Positions 9,506 through 19,092 of a DNA stretch of 64,000 bases are shown one piece after another. The notes beneath the pieces are model-generated. The model searched no databases. It was given only the letters and a program-made list of their open reading frames with translations, and had not been told where the DNA came from. Where the stretch lies: NCBI GenBank assembly GCA_963422365.1, contig OY729426.1, forward strand, positions 768,001 to 832,000, given 5' to 3'. This DNA comes from Nitrospirales bacterium. Lineage in GTDB: Bacteria; Nitrospirota; Nitrospiria; Nitrospirales; UBA8639. Every line of letters begins with the position of its first letter. Position 1 is the stretch's first letter. The translations under genes and the position numbers were made by a program.

Positions 9506-10659
9506 CCACCAAAACCGTGACCATCATGGCAGTCATCACTGTCGTTCTGATTGCCGCGGCAGTGTTGGTGTCCCAACGAAAAGACGCCACGTTCCCACAA
9601 ACGGGGCAACCAGTCTTCCCGGGATTCATGGCGTCAATAAATGACGTGTCTGAAATGAGCGTGTTGACGCAAACCGGAACGATCACGATTCTCCGGGAGG
9701 AACCGTCATGGCGCGTCAAAGAGAAACACCATTACCCCGCCGATATGGGAAAAATTCGTGAAGCACTCTTCGGCTTCGCAGAATTAAAAATTCTCGAGGC
9801 GAAGACCGGGAAGCCTGAATTCTATGAGAAGCTGGGGTTGCAGGATGTGGGCGCGGAGGGATCGTTGTCCACGGGAGTGACACTCAAGGACGTGGCAGGA
9901 AACACTTTGGCCGCGGTTATTGTCGGCAATGACCGACCAGCCAAGGGAAATCCCGATCAAAAGGAAGTGTTTATCCGCAAACCGGGGAATCCGCAAACCT
10001 GGCTGGCCATGGGGAGACTCTCGATCGAGAAGAACCCTGGTGAGTGGTTGGACAAGGATTTGTTAGAGATCGAGCCGAAGCGAGTCCGGCACCTTCAGAT
10101 CGTCCACCCTGACGCGACCACAGTAATATTGGAGAAAGAACAGCCCGATGAACTGGATTTCAAGGTGGCGAATATTCCCGGAGGAACGGAAGTGCAATCG
10201 CAATTTGCGGTCAACAATATGGTGTCCACGGTCACGTCCCTGTCGTTCGATGACGTCAGCCCAAAGAGCGAGGTCCCGTTCGAAGACCAAGCAGTCGTAA
10301 CCGCTGTTTTTGAGACCTTTGATGGCCTCGAAGGGACGCTGACATTGCTTCGAAAAGACGAGAAGCATTATGTGAAGGTCTCGGCAGCCTTCAAGAGCGA
10401 TCTGATCTGGGAACCCGAATCTGAAAAAAACGCGAAAACCGAAAAGCAAGCCGAAGGGGCTCGGGAGACGGAGAAAACAGAGAAAGACAAGACAGACTTT
10501 CCAAAACTTGCGAACCCTGGCATGAAACCAGAGGCAGAAGTCAAAGCTGAAATCGAAGCCCTCAACAAAAAAGTCGCAAAATGGGTCTACGTGATTCCCC
10601 AATTCCACGCCGATACCATCCTCAAGAAGCCGCACCACCTCGTCAAACAGTCCTCATAA
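9502..10659 (+). CDS. DUF4340-like protein
   Basis: N-terminal TM helix; fourth gene of the GldAFG-like operon; ATGA overlap with the upstream stop. Confidence 0.75.
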   Translation: MTTKTVTIMAVITVVLIAAAVLVSQRKDATFPQTGQPVFPGFMASINDVSEMSVLTQTGTITILREEPSWRVKEKHHYPADMGKIREALFGFAELKILEAKTGKPEFYEKLGLQDVGAEGSLSTGVTLKDVAGNTLAAVIVGNDRPAKGNPDQKEVFIRKPGNPQTWLAMGRLSIEKNPGEWLDKDLLEIEPKRVRHLQIVHPDATTVILEKEQPDELDFKVANIPGGTEVQSQFAVNNMVSTVTSLSFDDVSPKSEVPFEDQAVVTAVFETFDGLEGTLTLLRKDEKHYVKVSAAFKSDLIWEPESEKNAKTEKQAEGARETEKTEKDKTDFPKLANPGMKPEAEVKAEIEALNKKVAKWVYVIPQFHADTILKKPHHLVKQSS

Positions 10660-10695
10660 AGTGCCACGGAGCTTTTCCTCTGTAGGGGAAGCATC

Positions 10696-11346
10696 TTATC
10701 CTGCCTCTTCGGATGGAGAAGAGCCGGAGGATGGCTTACTCTTTTTTAGCCAGATCTCGAGGAGTTCTTGATATACCTGCATCAACCGAGAATCTTCGAG
10801 GCGATAGGCCAGGGACACCATAATCAAACCGAAAAGCAAGACCAAGCCCCCTAATCCGGTCACTCCCAACGCTAAGAGCAGCCCGCCGGCTGAATCAAAG
10901 CCACCATCAATCCCGAACACGATCAGAAAAACGGCGGTGCCAATCGTCACGAGTCCTAGCCAGGTCATGGTGAGAAGACTTGAAGACCAGGGCACGCGTT
11001 TCGTGAGGTGCAATTCCACACCGGCCGCAGTGGGCTGAAGTGTGATGGTTCCTTTCAGTGGCCACGCGGTACGAAACCGCATGGAGAAGAATTGGTAAGA
11101 GGGACGAAGCGAAATCACCTCTTGCGCCCCAAACCAGCGAGCAACGCCATGTGGCAGGGCCATCGTATGGTGTTGGCCGAATTGCTGAAGAAGGGAGTGA
11201 CGGGTGAGGTGGTCGAGACGGTCATGCCGGTGGGCAATGCCGAACCCGTATTGGGCAGACAATGGCCGGAGATTGGTGAACTGATACCAGTCCGCAATAA
11301 TCAGCAGCACAAACAGAATGCCTCCAAAGATTCCGGCCAGGACCAT
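10696..11346 (-). CDS. Hypothetical membrane protein
   Basis: Long ORF with three hydrophobic segments; start uncertain (ORF track extends it to 11424). Confidence 0.65.
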   Translation of the reverse strand: MVLAGIFGGILFVLLIIADWYQFTNLRPLSAQYGFGIAHRHDRLDHLTRHSLLQQFGQHHTMALPHGVARWFGAQEVISLRPSYQFFSMRFRTAWPLKGTITLQPTAAGVELHLTKRVPWSSSLLTMTWLGLVTIGTAVFLIVFGIDGGFDSAGGLLLALGVTGLGGLVLLFGLIMVSLAYRLEDSRLMQVYQELLEIWLKKSKPSSGSSPSEEAG

Positions 11347-11410
11347 TGTTTCTGGAACATAGCACAACTGACCCCAATTCTGTGAAGATGTCCTTTGCAG
11401 AGTCAGCGAT

Positions 11411-11440
11411 TTGACTTTGTTCATGACGCTTCGCTACTAT
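11411..11440 (+). promoter_or_regulatory. Sigma70-type promoter of tRNA-fMet
   Basis: TTGACT-N18-TACTAT ending 5 nt before the tRNA 5' end. Confidence 0.6.
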
Positions 11441-11445
11441 GCCTC

Positions 11446-11804
11446 TGCGGGGTGGAGCAGTCTGGTAGCTCGTTGGGCTCAATTCCGTAGGAGAGAAGGA
11501 GTGATCCGCTGATTGCTTCAGAGAGGACAATCTCTCCTACAATGGGCTGTGCAGAGGGAAACTTCTGTACGATCACCTGTCAAATTCGGGGAAGCCGGTA
11601 GCGAGGTAACCCCGAGCCAAGCTTCAAGAGTCATAGGCTCTGAAAGAAGGTGTAGAGACTTGATGGCAGGCATCCTAACGGCGGCCAAGCCGGTCCGAGG
11701 ATGAAGAGAAAGTCCAGACCACAAACTGGATTCACCAGGCAGCGAAAGCTGTAGTGGTACGCATAACCCAAAGGTCGAGGGTTCAAATCCCTCCCCCGCA
11801 ACCA
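11446..11804 (+). tRNA. tRNA-fMet (CAT), intron-split: exon 1 11446-11479, exon 2 11762-11804
   Basis: Joined exons give a 77-nt cloverleaf TGCGGGGTGGAGCAGTCTGGTAGCTCGTTGGGCT|CATAACCCAAAGGTCGAGGGTTCAAATCCCTCCCCCGCAACCA, with the GGG/CCC initiator anticodon stem and encoded CCA. Confidence 0.95.
11480..11761 (+). ncRNA. Group I self-splicing intron (282 nt)
   Basis: Follows exon U33 and ends in G. Core elements: P AAATTCGGGGAA, Q AACCCCGAGC, R GTAGAGACTTGA, S AAGAGAAAGTCC. P3 CCTGTCA/TGGCAGG. Confidence 0.93.
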
Positions 11805-11823
11805 TTGCTCTCTTCAGGCTGAC

Positions 11824-11857
11824 GGGATCGTTCTCGTAGGACGATCCCATTTTTTTT
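11824..11857 (+). terminator. Intrinsic terminator after tRNA
   Basis: GGGATCGTTCT-CGT-AGGACGATCCC followed by ATTTTTTTT. Confidence 0.85.
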
Positions 11858-11936
11858 GCCTTGGACATAACGGTGATGATGACTTGCATCGGATGGAATC
11901 ATCTGGGGCATTCAGCAGAAGTCGCACTGGGGATAA

Positions 11937-12248
11937 GTGTTTTATAGAATAACCCGAAGCCGTGTCTCATGTATTTTGGGAAAACGCAGGGAGGCAAGAG
12001 TGGTCAACATACGATGGTTGTGGATTCCTATGGTTGGGGCGAGCGTGTTTCTGGCATTGCCCGGCAACTCGACGATTGAAGGGGTGCTGGGCGACGTGGT
12101 GGGGCATTTTTTTACCGCTGCGCTGGTGGCCGTCGTGCCGATCGCCGGGTATCGCCTGATTTATAAATACATTGGTGAAAAGGAAATGACTTACATCTTT
12201 GCGGCAGCATGGTCCTATCTCGTGATCTCGCAATTTTTGAGGTGGTAA
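11937..12248 (+). CDS. Small hypothetical membrane protein
   Basis: Three hydrophobic segments; true start probably near 12000 after GGGAGG. Confidence 0.55.
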   Translation: MFYRITRSRVSCILGKRREARVVNIRWLWIPMVGASVFLALPGNSTIEGVLGDVVGHFFTAALVAVVPIAGYRLIYKYIGEKEMTYIFAAAWSYLVISQFLRW

Positions 12249-12621
12249 GAAAACCGTTGTGCTGTTCCCCTTTCATCAAGCCAGCTTCGTTCGCTTCGCT
12301 CAGCAAGACAAACGGTTGTCGATCCCTGCCGTGACGTTCATCCCTCATCCGCCATGCTCGACGGCTGCCCCCAAATAGAGCAGGAGGGATTCCATGTCTT
12401 TTGACCTATGGTTTTTTAATGGAGAGTTCTGCTTCTTCCCTTCATTCTCCAGTTTTTCTCCCCACAACGGTAACGTCCATCAAGACAACGTCTTGGTTTT
12501 GGGAGCGGCATTCTCAAACACAGGTTCGAGGGGTTCCCGTTGCTGAATGAATGAGATGGGAGGAAAGCGCCAGGGCGCTTAAGCGAAATTGTGCGTGAGG
12601 ATCTTCACGAAAACGTGGCGA

Positions 12622-13491
12622 TTAGGAGGACCGGCGCAAAGAACTGGTGAGCCCCATGAGGGAAAGACCGTAGATGAGCCACTTTGATGGATCAAAGTTA
12701 TACCACTGGGGGCCATTCCGATAATCACTTTGATACATGTGGTGATAATTATGGTATCCCTCTCCGAAGGTGATGAGCGAGACCCACCAACTGTCACGAC
12801 TGGAATCGGATGCTCCGTGAGGTTGGGCGCCCCACAGGTGGCAAATGGAATTAATGCAAAACGTGGAATTTAAAACAAAAAAGGTTCGCCCGACTCCGGC
12901 GAGCAAGAAACATCCCAGTCCCCCAACCCAGCCGTCGTACAAAAATCCCACTACAAAGGGAAGTATCAAGCCGGAAAGGACAATGGGGATATAATAACGA
13001 TGTTGCCACATGACCACAGGGTCCTGTTTCAGCTTGGTGGCATATTTCTCGTCTCTATGGGGATCCTTCGAGAATAGCCAACCACAATGACTATGCCAAA
13101 ATCCTCGCTGAGCATTATAGGGATCCTCTTCCTGGTCGCACCGGGCATGATGACGGATATGATCTGATGCCCATTTGAGGCCTGAATTTTGTAGAGCCCA
13201 TCCTCCTGCGATCAAAAAAATACCTTTCACCCAATTAGGGCAAGCAAAACTTCGATGAGCCAGTAAGCGGTGGTATCCCACGGTGATGCCTAGTCCTGTG
13301 ATGATATAGAGCATCACAAACATGGCCCAATCAACCCAAGAATAATCATAAAAATACGCGTAGGCCGGCAACCCGACTATGGCACTGCCGGTGACACTGG
13401 AAAACAAGATAAAATTCAATTGATCAGGGGGTCGTGATGTGGGAATTGCTGTTTGTGAATCGGTCAGAGTCGTCATAGGGGTCTCGTCCAT
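12622..13491 (-). CDS. Fatty acid (delta-9 acyl-CoA type) desaturase
   Basis: Histidine boxes HRLLAH, HIRHH, HNYHH. Start at ATG 13491 or 13476. Confidence 0.92.
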   Translation of the reverse strand: MDETPMTTLTDSQTAIPTSRPPDQLNFILFSSVTGSAIVGLPAYAYFYDYSWVDWAMFVMLYIITGLGITVGYHRLLAHRSFACPNWVKGIFLIAGGWALQNSGLKWASDHIRHHARCDQEEDPYNAQRGFWHSHCGWLFSKDPHRDEKYATKLKQDPVVMWQHRYYIPIVLSGLILPFVVGFLYDGWVGGLGCFLLAGVGRTFFVLNSTFCINSICHLWGAQPHGASDSSRDSWWVSLITFGEGYHNYHHMYQSDYRNGPQWYNFDPSKWLIYGLSLMGLTSSLRRSS

Positions 13492-13777
13492 TGTGCGATC
13501 AGTCGAGTCGCGTTTGTTTGAGAAACAATCGGCATTCAAATATTGTGAAAAGAGAATGTGCTGACCTTCACCGGAAACTCGCGTCAGTCTCTTCTTCTCG
13601 ATAGCTCGTGCACTTTTTTGATGAAGCAGCACTCCAAAAGGCAAGTTATCTAAGAATACCTTACCCACGGATGGATTGTAAAGGCTGAACCCTTGCGAGG
13701 TTGTGAGATGCCCACTTTTGTTGGTTTCGGTAAGTGACGAAAAGGGCAATGGGTGCACCTAGGATAGCGGGAAGGTG

Positions 13778-14050
13778 TTACCTTCGTGGGCCAAAAGATT
13801 GTTCTTTGGGTCTCGCTTCATTCACCACAAGATTTCTGCCTTGGAAGTCTGAGCCATTGAGAGCCTTAATAGCTTGCTGCGCGTCCTCTCCACTTCCCAT
13901 TTCCACAAATCCGAACCCTCTGGACTGTCCGGTCTATCGATCCGTGACCACATTGGCGGATTGGACGGTTCCATGTTGCGCAAACAGATCCGGTAGTTCT
14001 TGGTCCGTTGTGGTACAGGACAGGTTCCCAACGTATAACGTTTGATTCAC
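13778..14050 (-). pseudogene. RRM RNA-binding protein with internal amber stop
   Basis: MNQTLYVGNLSCTTTDQELPDLFAQHGTVQSANVVTDR*TGQSRGFGFVEMGSGEDAQQAIKALNGSDFQGRNLVVNEARPK. RNP2 and RNP1 intact; TAG at 13934-13936. Confidence 0.9.
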
Positions 14051-14183
14051 TCATCCCTCCATCTTGAAAAATGGCAAAAAGGAAACAAATGAAGGCGTGG
14101 TATCAGGAAAAGGCCGACTCAGGAGTAGGCTCATGCGAGGAGTTTTCTTTGAAGGTTACGGTGTGTCAATCAAATGCTTTCCC

Positions 14184-14216
14184 TCTAGCATCGCCAAGGG
14201 GCTTGGCGATGCTAGA
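14184..14216. repeat. Perfect 15-bp inverted repeat
   Basis: TCTAGCATCGCCAAG-GGG-CTTGGCGATGCTAGA between hpf and the RRM gene. Confidence 0.8.
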
Positions 14217-14359
14217 CTTTCGTTATGTCGTGTCAAGAGAACAGGGATTCTGGAGACGTGCGGGTAGACAAGTGGGTGTCGATGACAGGAGAAGCTCACC
14301 GTTTTGCCACAGGCCTGAAGGCCGCCTTTCATTTTCCAGAGACCCTGTGATCATTCGAC

Positions 14360-14692
14360 TTAGAGTTCCTGGGGTTTGTCGGATTTGAGCAAATTGGGCT
14401 TTTCGCGAAATTTTTTGATTTCAGTCGTAGCCGCCTTAAACGCGGAGCGAATCGCTTCCTCGAAACTTTTGGCGTCTTTCCGTGCGGTAATGGTATGGCG
14501 TGGAGGAAGGTTCAAGACGATCAGCGCTTCAGCGTTATCGTCTCCCTTTTTATGATGTGGGTTTTTGGTGAGTGTGATTCGGGCATGGGTAAGGTTGTCG
14601 TACTCTGTTTGGAGCGTGGCAATCCGATCTTCGATCTCTTGTTTCCATCTCGGCGTCATGCTGACGTTCCGACTGTCAATTTTCAAATCCAT
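14360..14692 (-). CDS. hpf: HPF/RaiA family ribosome-associated protein
   Basis: MDLKIDSRNVSM...ARITL...AEALIVLNLP...ITARK...FEEAIRSAF pattern of the sigma54-modulation/S30EA family. Confidence 0.75.
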   Translation of the reverse strand: MDLKIDSRNVSMTPRWKQEIEDRIATLQTEYDNLTHARITLTKNPHHKKGDDNAEALIVLNLPPRHTITARKDAKSFEEAIRSAFKAATTEIKKFREKPNLLKSDKPQEL

Positions 14693-14916
14693 CGTTCTTC
14701 TCCCCGCTTGGGTTTGTCACGATCACGAGTTTCTGACGGTATCACCTAAGAAGAGTATCTCATGAATGATCTTATGTTGTCATGAGAGGTCGTGCGCAAG
14801 CGGGGCAGAGAGCGCCACACATTTTAAGAATCGCGCTCGCAAAATCCTCGGATTCCAATCTTGTGTAGCAAGAGACTTCTGAGGTACCATCAACCCTCAT
14901 AGCTCAAGGAGGGGTC

Positions 14917-15687
14917 ATGGATCAAACAAAAGGGTCTGACAAAGAGAAAAATCGCGCGCTCGATCAGAACATTGATCGATTTCGTCAACAAGTCTCGAAC
15001 TTGAAAACCTTTATTATGGGAGGCTTACCCAAGCATTCATCGATAGAAGAATTTGACTTGACCACCGAAGAACTTATTGCCGAGACGTTAGGAAGTTCCT
15101 CCAGCATGTTAGAGGCCTATGAATATGCTCAGTTGGGGGAGGCAGGAGGCCTAGTCAATCTCTCAGATGAAGCTCCGGAAGGAGCAGGTCTGGATAATGA
15201 ACGGGAAACTCTGCGACAACGGCAACGCGTGCTGGAAAGTTGCATCGCGGATTTGGAGGCTCGCAGGGCTCAGGCCAGTTCGAGCCAACGGTCTAAGGCA
15301 ATGAGCGGCCCCACAGTGAAAGACTTTACGTCCAAGGTGATTCGATCCGTGTCGCATGATGCGACCCTTCGGGAAGCGGGAAAATTATTACAGGAATGGA
15401 AAATTGGCTCACTGTTAGTCGATAGTGGCGAGGAATTCATCGGAAGTATCACGGAAACCGAGTTGACCCAAGAGGTGGTTGCCAATGGGGTCGACCCCAC
15501 GACAACGACGGTCAAAACCTGCATGCGAGAACCTATCCTGACAATTGAAAGTCGTGAACCGGTCGTGGCGGCCGTGCAGTTAATGAAAGAAAAAGCAACT
15601 CGTCATGTGTGTGTGACCGAAAGTGGCAAAATCATGGGACTGATTTCCGTGTCGGACATTCTGCGATATTATTCCGGGGTGAGGTGA
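14917..15687 (+). CDS. CBS domain pair protein with N-terminal extension
   Basis: C-terminal tandem CBS domains (IGSLLV...GSITETEL; RHVCV...GLISVSDIL). Confidence 0.85.
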   Translation: MDQTKGSDKEKNRALDQNIDRFRQQVSNLKTFIMGGLPKHSSIEEFDLTTEELIAETLGSSSSMLEAYEYAQLGEAGGLVNLSDEAPEGAGLDNERETLRQRQRVLESCIADLEARRAQASSSQRSKAMSGPTVKDFTSKVIRSVSHDATLREAGKLLQEWKIGSLLVDSGEEFIGSITETELTQEVVANGVDPTTTTVKTCMREPILTIESREPVVAAVQLMKEKATRHVCVTESGKIMGLISVSDILRYYSGVR

Positions 15688-15713
15688 CAGAACCCCGACG
15701 CCAGTAAGTTTTT

Positions 15714-16313
15714 CAGTTGACTTCACCGCTTCGCGTTTTGATTCGAGCATTCCCACCACCGCCGCAGGGTCAAATCGGGTGTCTGTCTGAGTGAATCAGC
15801 ACAGTCGTGGCTCGTTCATCCGGTCCGAGGGTTCTCGGCCTTGCTCCTGTTGTGTGAGTACGGAAAGCTCGGCTTCTGAGACATCAGAAGCCTTGACCGC
15901 TTTTGCTGCGACTCGTCGGCGAAGGGTCGTTGGAGTTGCATGCATATCCAGTTTCAGGAAGGGTATCTTCAGTAAAGCAGCCAGCTTTCGATCGGCCGTG
16001 AACTGTCACATGTTCACGGCGAATTCAAAGGGTTCGCCTTGTCCATCCGGCCGCGGAGGCTCAGGTGTTCCGGAAATCGGCATGACATCAACATAGATGT
16101 CCTGTGCCAACTGCCGATTCAAGCGAATCTCGTCAGTACAAAAAATAACGTTGAGTGAGGGAAGAAAAGTCTACGAACCCCAAATTGACGGGTTTTTGAT
16201 CTTGCAGGCAAAGGGTCCGCTCAGGAGAACCCATGAACGATGCGTTTCCCGACATTCAAAATGGGTGACCGGAGGGTAGAGATAGATGCTGTAGGGCTTG
16301 AAGAAGTGTGCAT
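15714..16313 (-). pseudogene. Decayed aminoglycoside-phosphotransferase-like / AAA kinase bifunctional protein
   Basis: Fragments across frames: ETHRSWVLLSGPFACKIK / PVNLGFVDFSSLTQR / CTDEIRLNRQLAQDIYVDV...EFAVNM*QF, joined directly to the C-terminal PFLKLDMHATPTTLRRRV...SDVSEAELSVLTQQ. Boundaries approximate. Confidence 0.8.
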
Positions 16314-16768
16314 GACTCGTCGAGTCTCACGGTTCAAAAATAGGGTAAACGGGACCAGTTTCAAACGAGAACCTTAGAGGTCCCCAAAGTCGGATATTAC
16401 CGCGATCTTGCGTATCCTGACTGAGAGCAAAATTGAAGCCATATGGGGAATGATATTTCCACAGAATCTGGGGATAACCTGGTAAAATTTTTTGATCACT
16501 GGGATTCTATACCCATAGGATCATAAAGTGAGCAGATTGCACATTTTTTGTGCATGGTAGAAGACAATATCTTGCTACTAAATATAGTGGGTTGGTAACG
16601 TCTGCGTATATTTTGAGAGCTATTGAAAGATATTATACAAATTGTAGCGTGGGAAAGGCTTTTTGCACATGACACGCTCAGGCGGACTAAGAAAATGAAA
16701 CATATCCACAATGGCTGTTGACAAAGTCGTGAGTCAGCCGCAGCAGTGGAAGCACATCCTAGTCTTCC

Positions 16769-17218
16769 TTGAGAAGCGGGGTGTCATGCTGTTTTTGGAG
16801 GAATCACGTCGCGAGCATGCAGGGAATCTCCACATTGGCCACCATCATTTCTGTTTTCAGTTTTTCGTTGATGTGTGTGGTGATGCTGTACCCTAACCTG
16901 TCGAGGTTCAAAAGTCGATGGAAGGGGTTCGCATTCTATGGCGGCATCTCAGTGGGTACCTTATTGGTGGCGGCGTTGACCGGCCATGATCCTGCGTTGT
17001 CCGATCAAGAATGGTCCTGGGTTGATTGGACGGTGCTTGGTTTAGGCGTAGGGAGCGGTCTTGCAGTGGTGACGAGATATTGGTGCTGGCCTTCTCGAGA
17101 AGAGAAGGGGGCTGCCTCGGCTGTGCAGGAAAAGGGAGAGAAGCCGGTCAAAGGGGGAAAAGCGTCCTTCGCAAAACAGAAGCACTCAAGATCATTGAAG
17201 AAGAGAGAGCCGAATTGA
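16769..17218 (+). CDS. Hypothetical membrane protein
   Basis: Three hydrophobic segments and a basic tail; start probably near 16817. Confidence 0.55.
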   Translation: MRSGVSCCFWRNHVASMQGISTLATIISVFSFSLMCVVMLYPNLSRFKSRWKGFAFYGGISVGTLLVAALTGHDPALSDQEWSWVDWTVLGLGVGSGLAVVTRYWCWPSREEKGAASAVQEKGEKPVKGGKASFAKQKHSRSLKKREPN

Positions 17219-17459
17219 CGCTGGTTCTTTTGCCTCTCCATTCTCGAGCACTATTCCGAGCAGACGACCACGCTCAGCTTCCTCAATCTCGCGCTCTCGC
17301 GCGTGAGAATCTCTATTGAAGAAGAGCCGGTTCGCCGGGATTGTCCTTCAAGGTTGCCATGGTGTTAACATGGACGGGCAAAGAAACGTGAGCGCAGATG
17401 CAGTAGATTTCATCACGGAACACAAAAGACATCAGACAAGAAAATAACGTGAAATCTCT

Positions 17460-18143
17460 ATGAGCCATCAGCGTCTAAAAATGTTGACCATGGCGAGTCT
17501 GTCAGCCCTGTCGATGGTGTCACACTCCGTGGCTTCAGAGGTGGCGCCTCCGAGCCAGTTTCGTCACCAATCAATTCCTGTGCTTGGGATGACCCTTGAT
17601 AAGGCGCAGCAACCCGTTGGAATCGTGATGTACGTGATGATTCACTTTCACCAACGATCGGATCATGATGGGCTCAAGGTGCACTTTCGAAAAGTACCCG
17701 GGCGTTTCGGCCCCATTGCCCGAAAAGCCGTGGCGACCGCCATCCATCGCGTGGCAAAATCCGCGAAGCTTCAGGATGACTCGTGGACCGTGGTCTTGAC
17801 GTTTCCCTACTCAGGGTTGACCATGTATGGTGCCAGCCTGTCGGCGATGGTGGCGTTAAGTGTGGTGGCCCTTGCCAAAAACGAGGCGATCGTTTATGGC
17901 CGAACGCTGACCGGAACCATTACGGAGGATGGTCACATTGGGAAAGTCGCCGGTGTCCCGTATAAAGTGTATGCGGCCTATGCAGAAGACTTGGGCCGGG
18001 TCCTTATTCCTGAAGAACATGATCCCAGCGACGGTGAATGGCGAACCCCCTTCCTCATGCACGTGTCGCACGTTGGGACGCTGGAAAAAGCCTATCAGGG
18101 ATTAACGGGTCATTCCTTGTTTCCTGAAAAATCGTTGCAATAA
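17460..18143 (+). CDS. Secreted Lon-type (S16) protease domain protein
   Basis: Signal peptide; GASLS and LTGTITEDGHIGKVAGVPYK...RVLIP match the Lon_C Ser-Lys dyad region. Confidence 0.75.
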   Translation: MSHQRLKMLTMASLSALSMVSHSVASEVAPPSQFRHQSIPVLGMTLDKAQQPVGIVMYVMIHFHQRSDHDGLKVHFRKVPGRFGPIARKAVATAIHRVAKSAKLQDDSWTVVLTFPYSGLTMYGASLSAMVALSVVALAKNEAIVYGRTLTGTITEDGHIGKVAGVPYKVYAAYAEDLGRVLIPEEHDPSDGEWRTPFLMHVSHVGTLEKAYQGLTGHSLFPEKSLQ

Positions 18144-18155
18144 GTTCCACGGCCA

Positions 18156-19010
18156 TTGTTGCGACAGGCGTTCCGGGTTTTCAAAACGAGCGAAACACGT
18201 AGCCGAATCTGTAGACGAAACAACTCGTGGCCGAATAACTTAGGTGAAAACGGAGGGTTCCCTGTGGCAACTTTGTCTTTGTGTCTCATCACGCTGCTCG
18301 GTCTGCCATTCGTGACGCCGATAACAGGAATGAGTATGGAAGTCGAGCCCTTCGTCCATCCCTCTCCTCGACAAAGCGAACGGGATCATATGGTGAGGGA
18401 GCAACTTCTCGCGCGCGGGATCAGCGATCAAGCCGTCATCCAAGCCATGCGAGAAGTTCCTCGTCATGAATTTGTGTTGGCCGAGGATTCAGCCGAAGCC
18501 TATGATGATCATCCGCTGCCTATCGGGTATGGGCAAACCATTTCACAACCCTACATCGTGGCCTATATGACCGAAGCGCTGCATCTCAACAAAGATGACC
18601 GCGTGTTGGAAATTGGAACGGGATCGGGGTATCAGGCCGCGATTTTGGCAAAGTTAGGGGCAAAGGTCTTCACCATTGAGATCGTCGAGGAGCTCGCCGA
18701 ACGCGCTCGCCAAACGTTTCACGCGTTGGGCATTCCCCCTATCACGAGTCGAGCGGGTGACGGGTATCAAGGTTGGCCGGAGGAGGCTCCCTTTGATGCG
18801 ATCATTCTCACAGCCGCCCCGGAGCATATTCCCCAATCATTGGTGGATCAGCTCGCGCTTGGGGGGCGAATGGTTTTGCCTCTGGGGAAAACGCGACAAC
18901 GACTGATCCTCCTCACGAACACTGCTGCGGGGATACAGCGCAACGAGTTGCTGCCGGTTGCGTTCGTTCCGATGACAGGAGCGGCGCAGCCACGCCTGCC
19001 GGATCAATAG
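18156..19010 (+). CDS. pcm: Protein-L-isoaspartate O-methyltransferase
   Basis: LPIGYGQTISQPY, VLEIGTGSGYQAA, APFDAIILTAA. True start probably further downstream. Confidence 0.93.
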   Translation: MLRQAFRVFKTSETRSRICRRNNSWPNNLGENGGFPVATLSLCLITLLGLPFVTPITGMSMEVEPFVHPSPRQSERDHMVREQLLARGISDQAVIQAMREVPRHEFVLAEDSAEAYDDHPLPIGYGQTISQPYIVAYMTEALHLNKDDRVLEIGTGSGYQAAILAKLGAKVFTIEIVEELAERARQTFHALGIPPITSRAGDGYQGWPEEAPFDAIILTAAPEHIPQSLVDQLALGGRMVLPLGKTRQRLILLTNTAAGIQRNELLPVAFVPMTGAAQPRLPDQ

Positions 19011-19092
19011 GGTGGCAAGCCTTCTGGCGGTTCGGGCCACAACACGGGTTTCTGTAGGGCCGCATCGTAGGCGGCCTAGAAGAAAAGGAAAC

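Noticed and set aside
11513..11889. ORFs over the tRNA intron as a possible homing endonuclease
   Set aside because: Short, overlap the catalytic core or exon, and have no nuclease motif.
13934..13936. Pyrrolysine or stop-codon recoding
   Set aside because: TAG, TGA and TAA all serve as normal stops elsewhere in the window, and no recoding machinery is seen.
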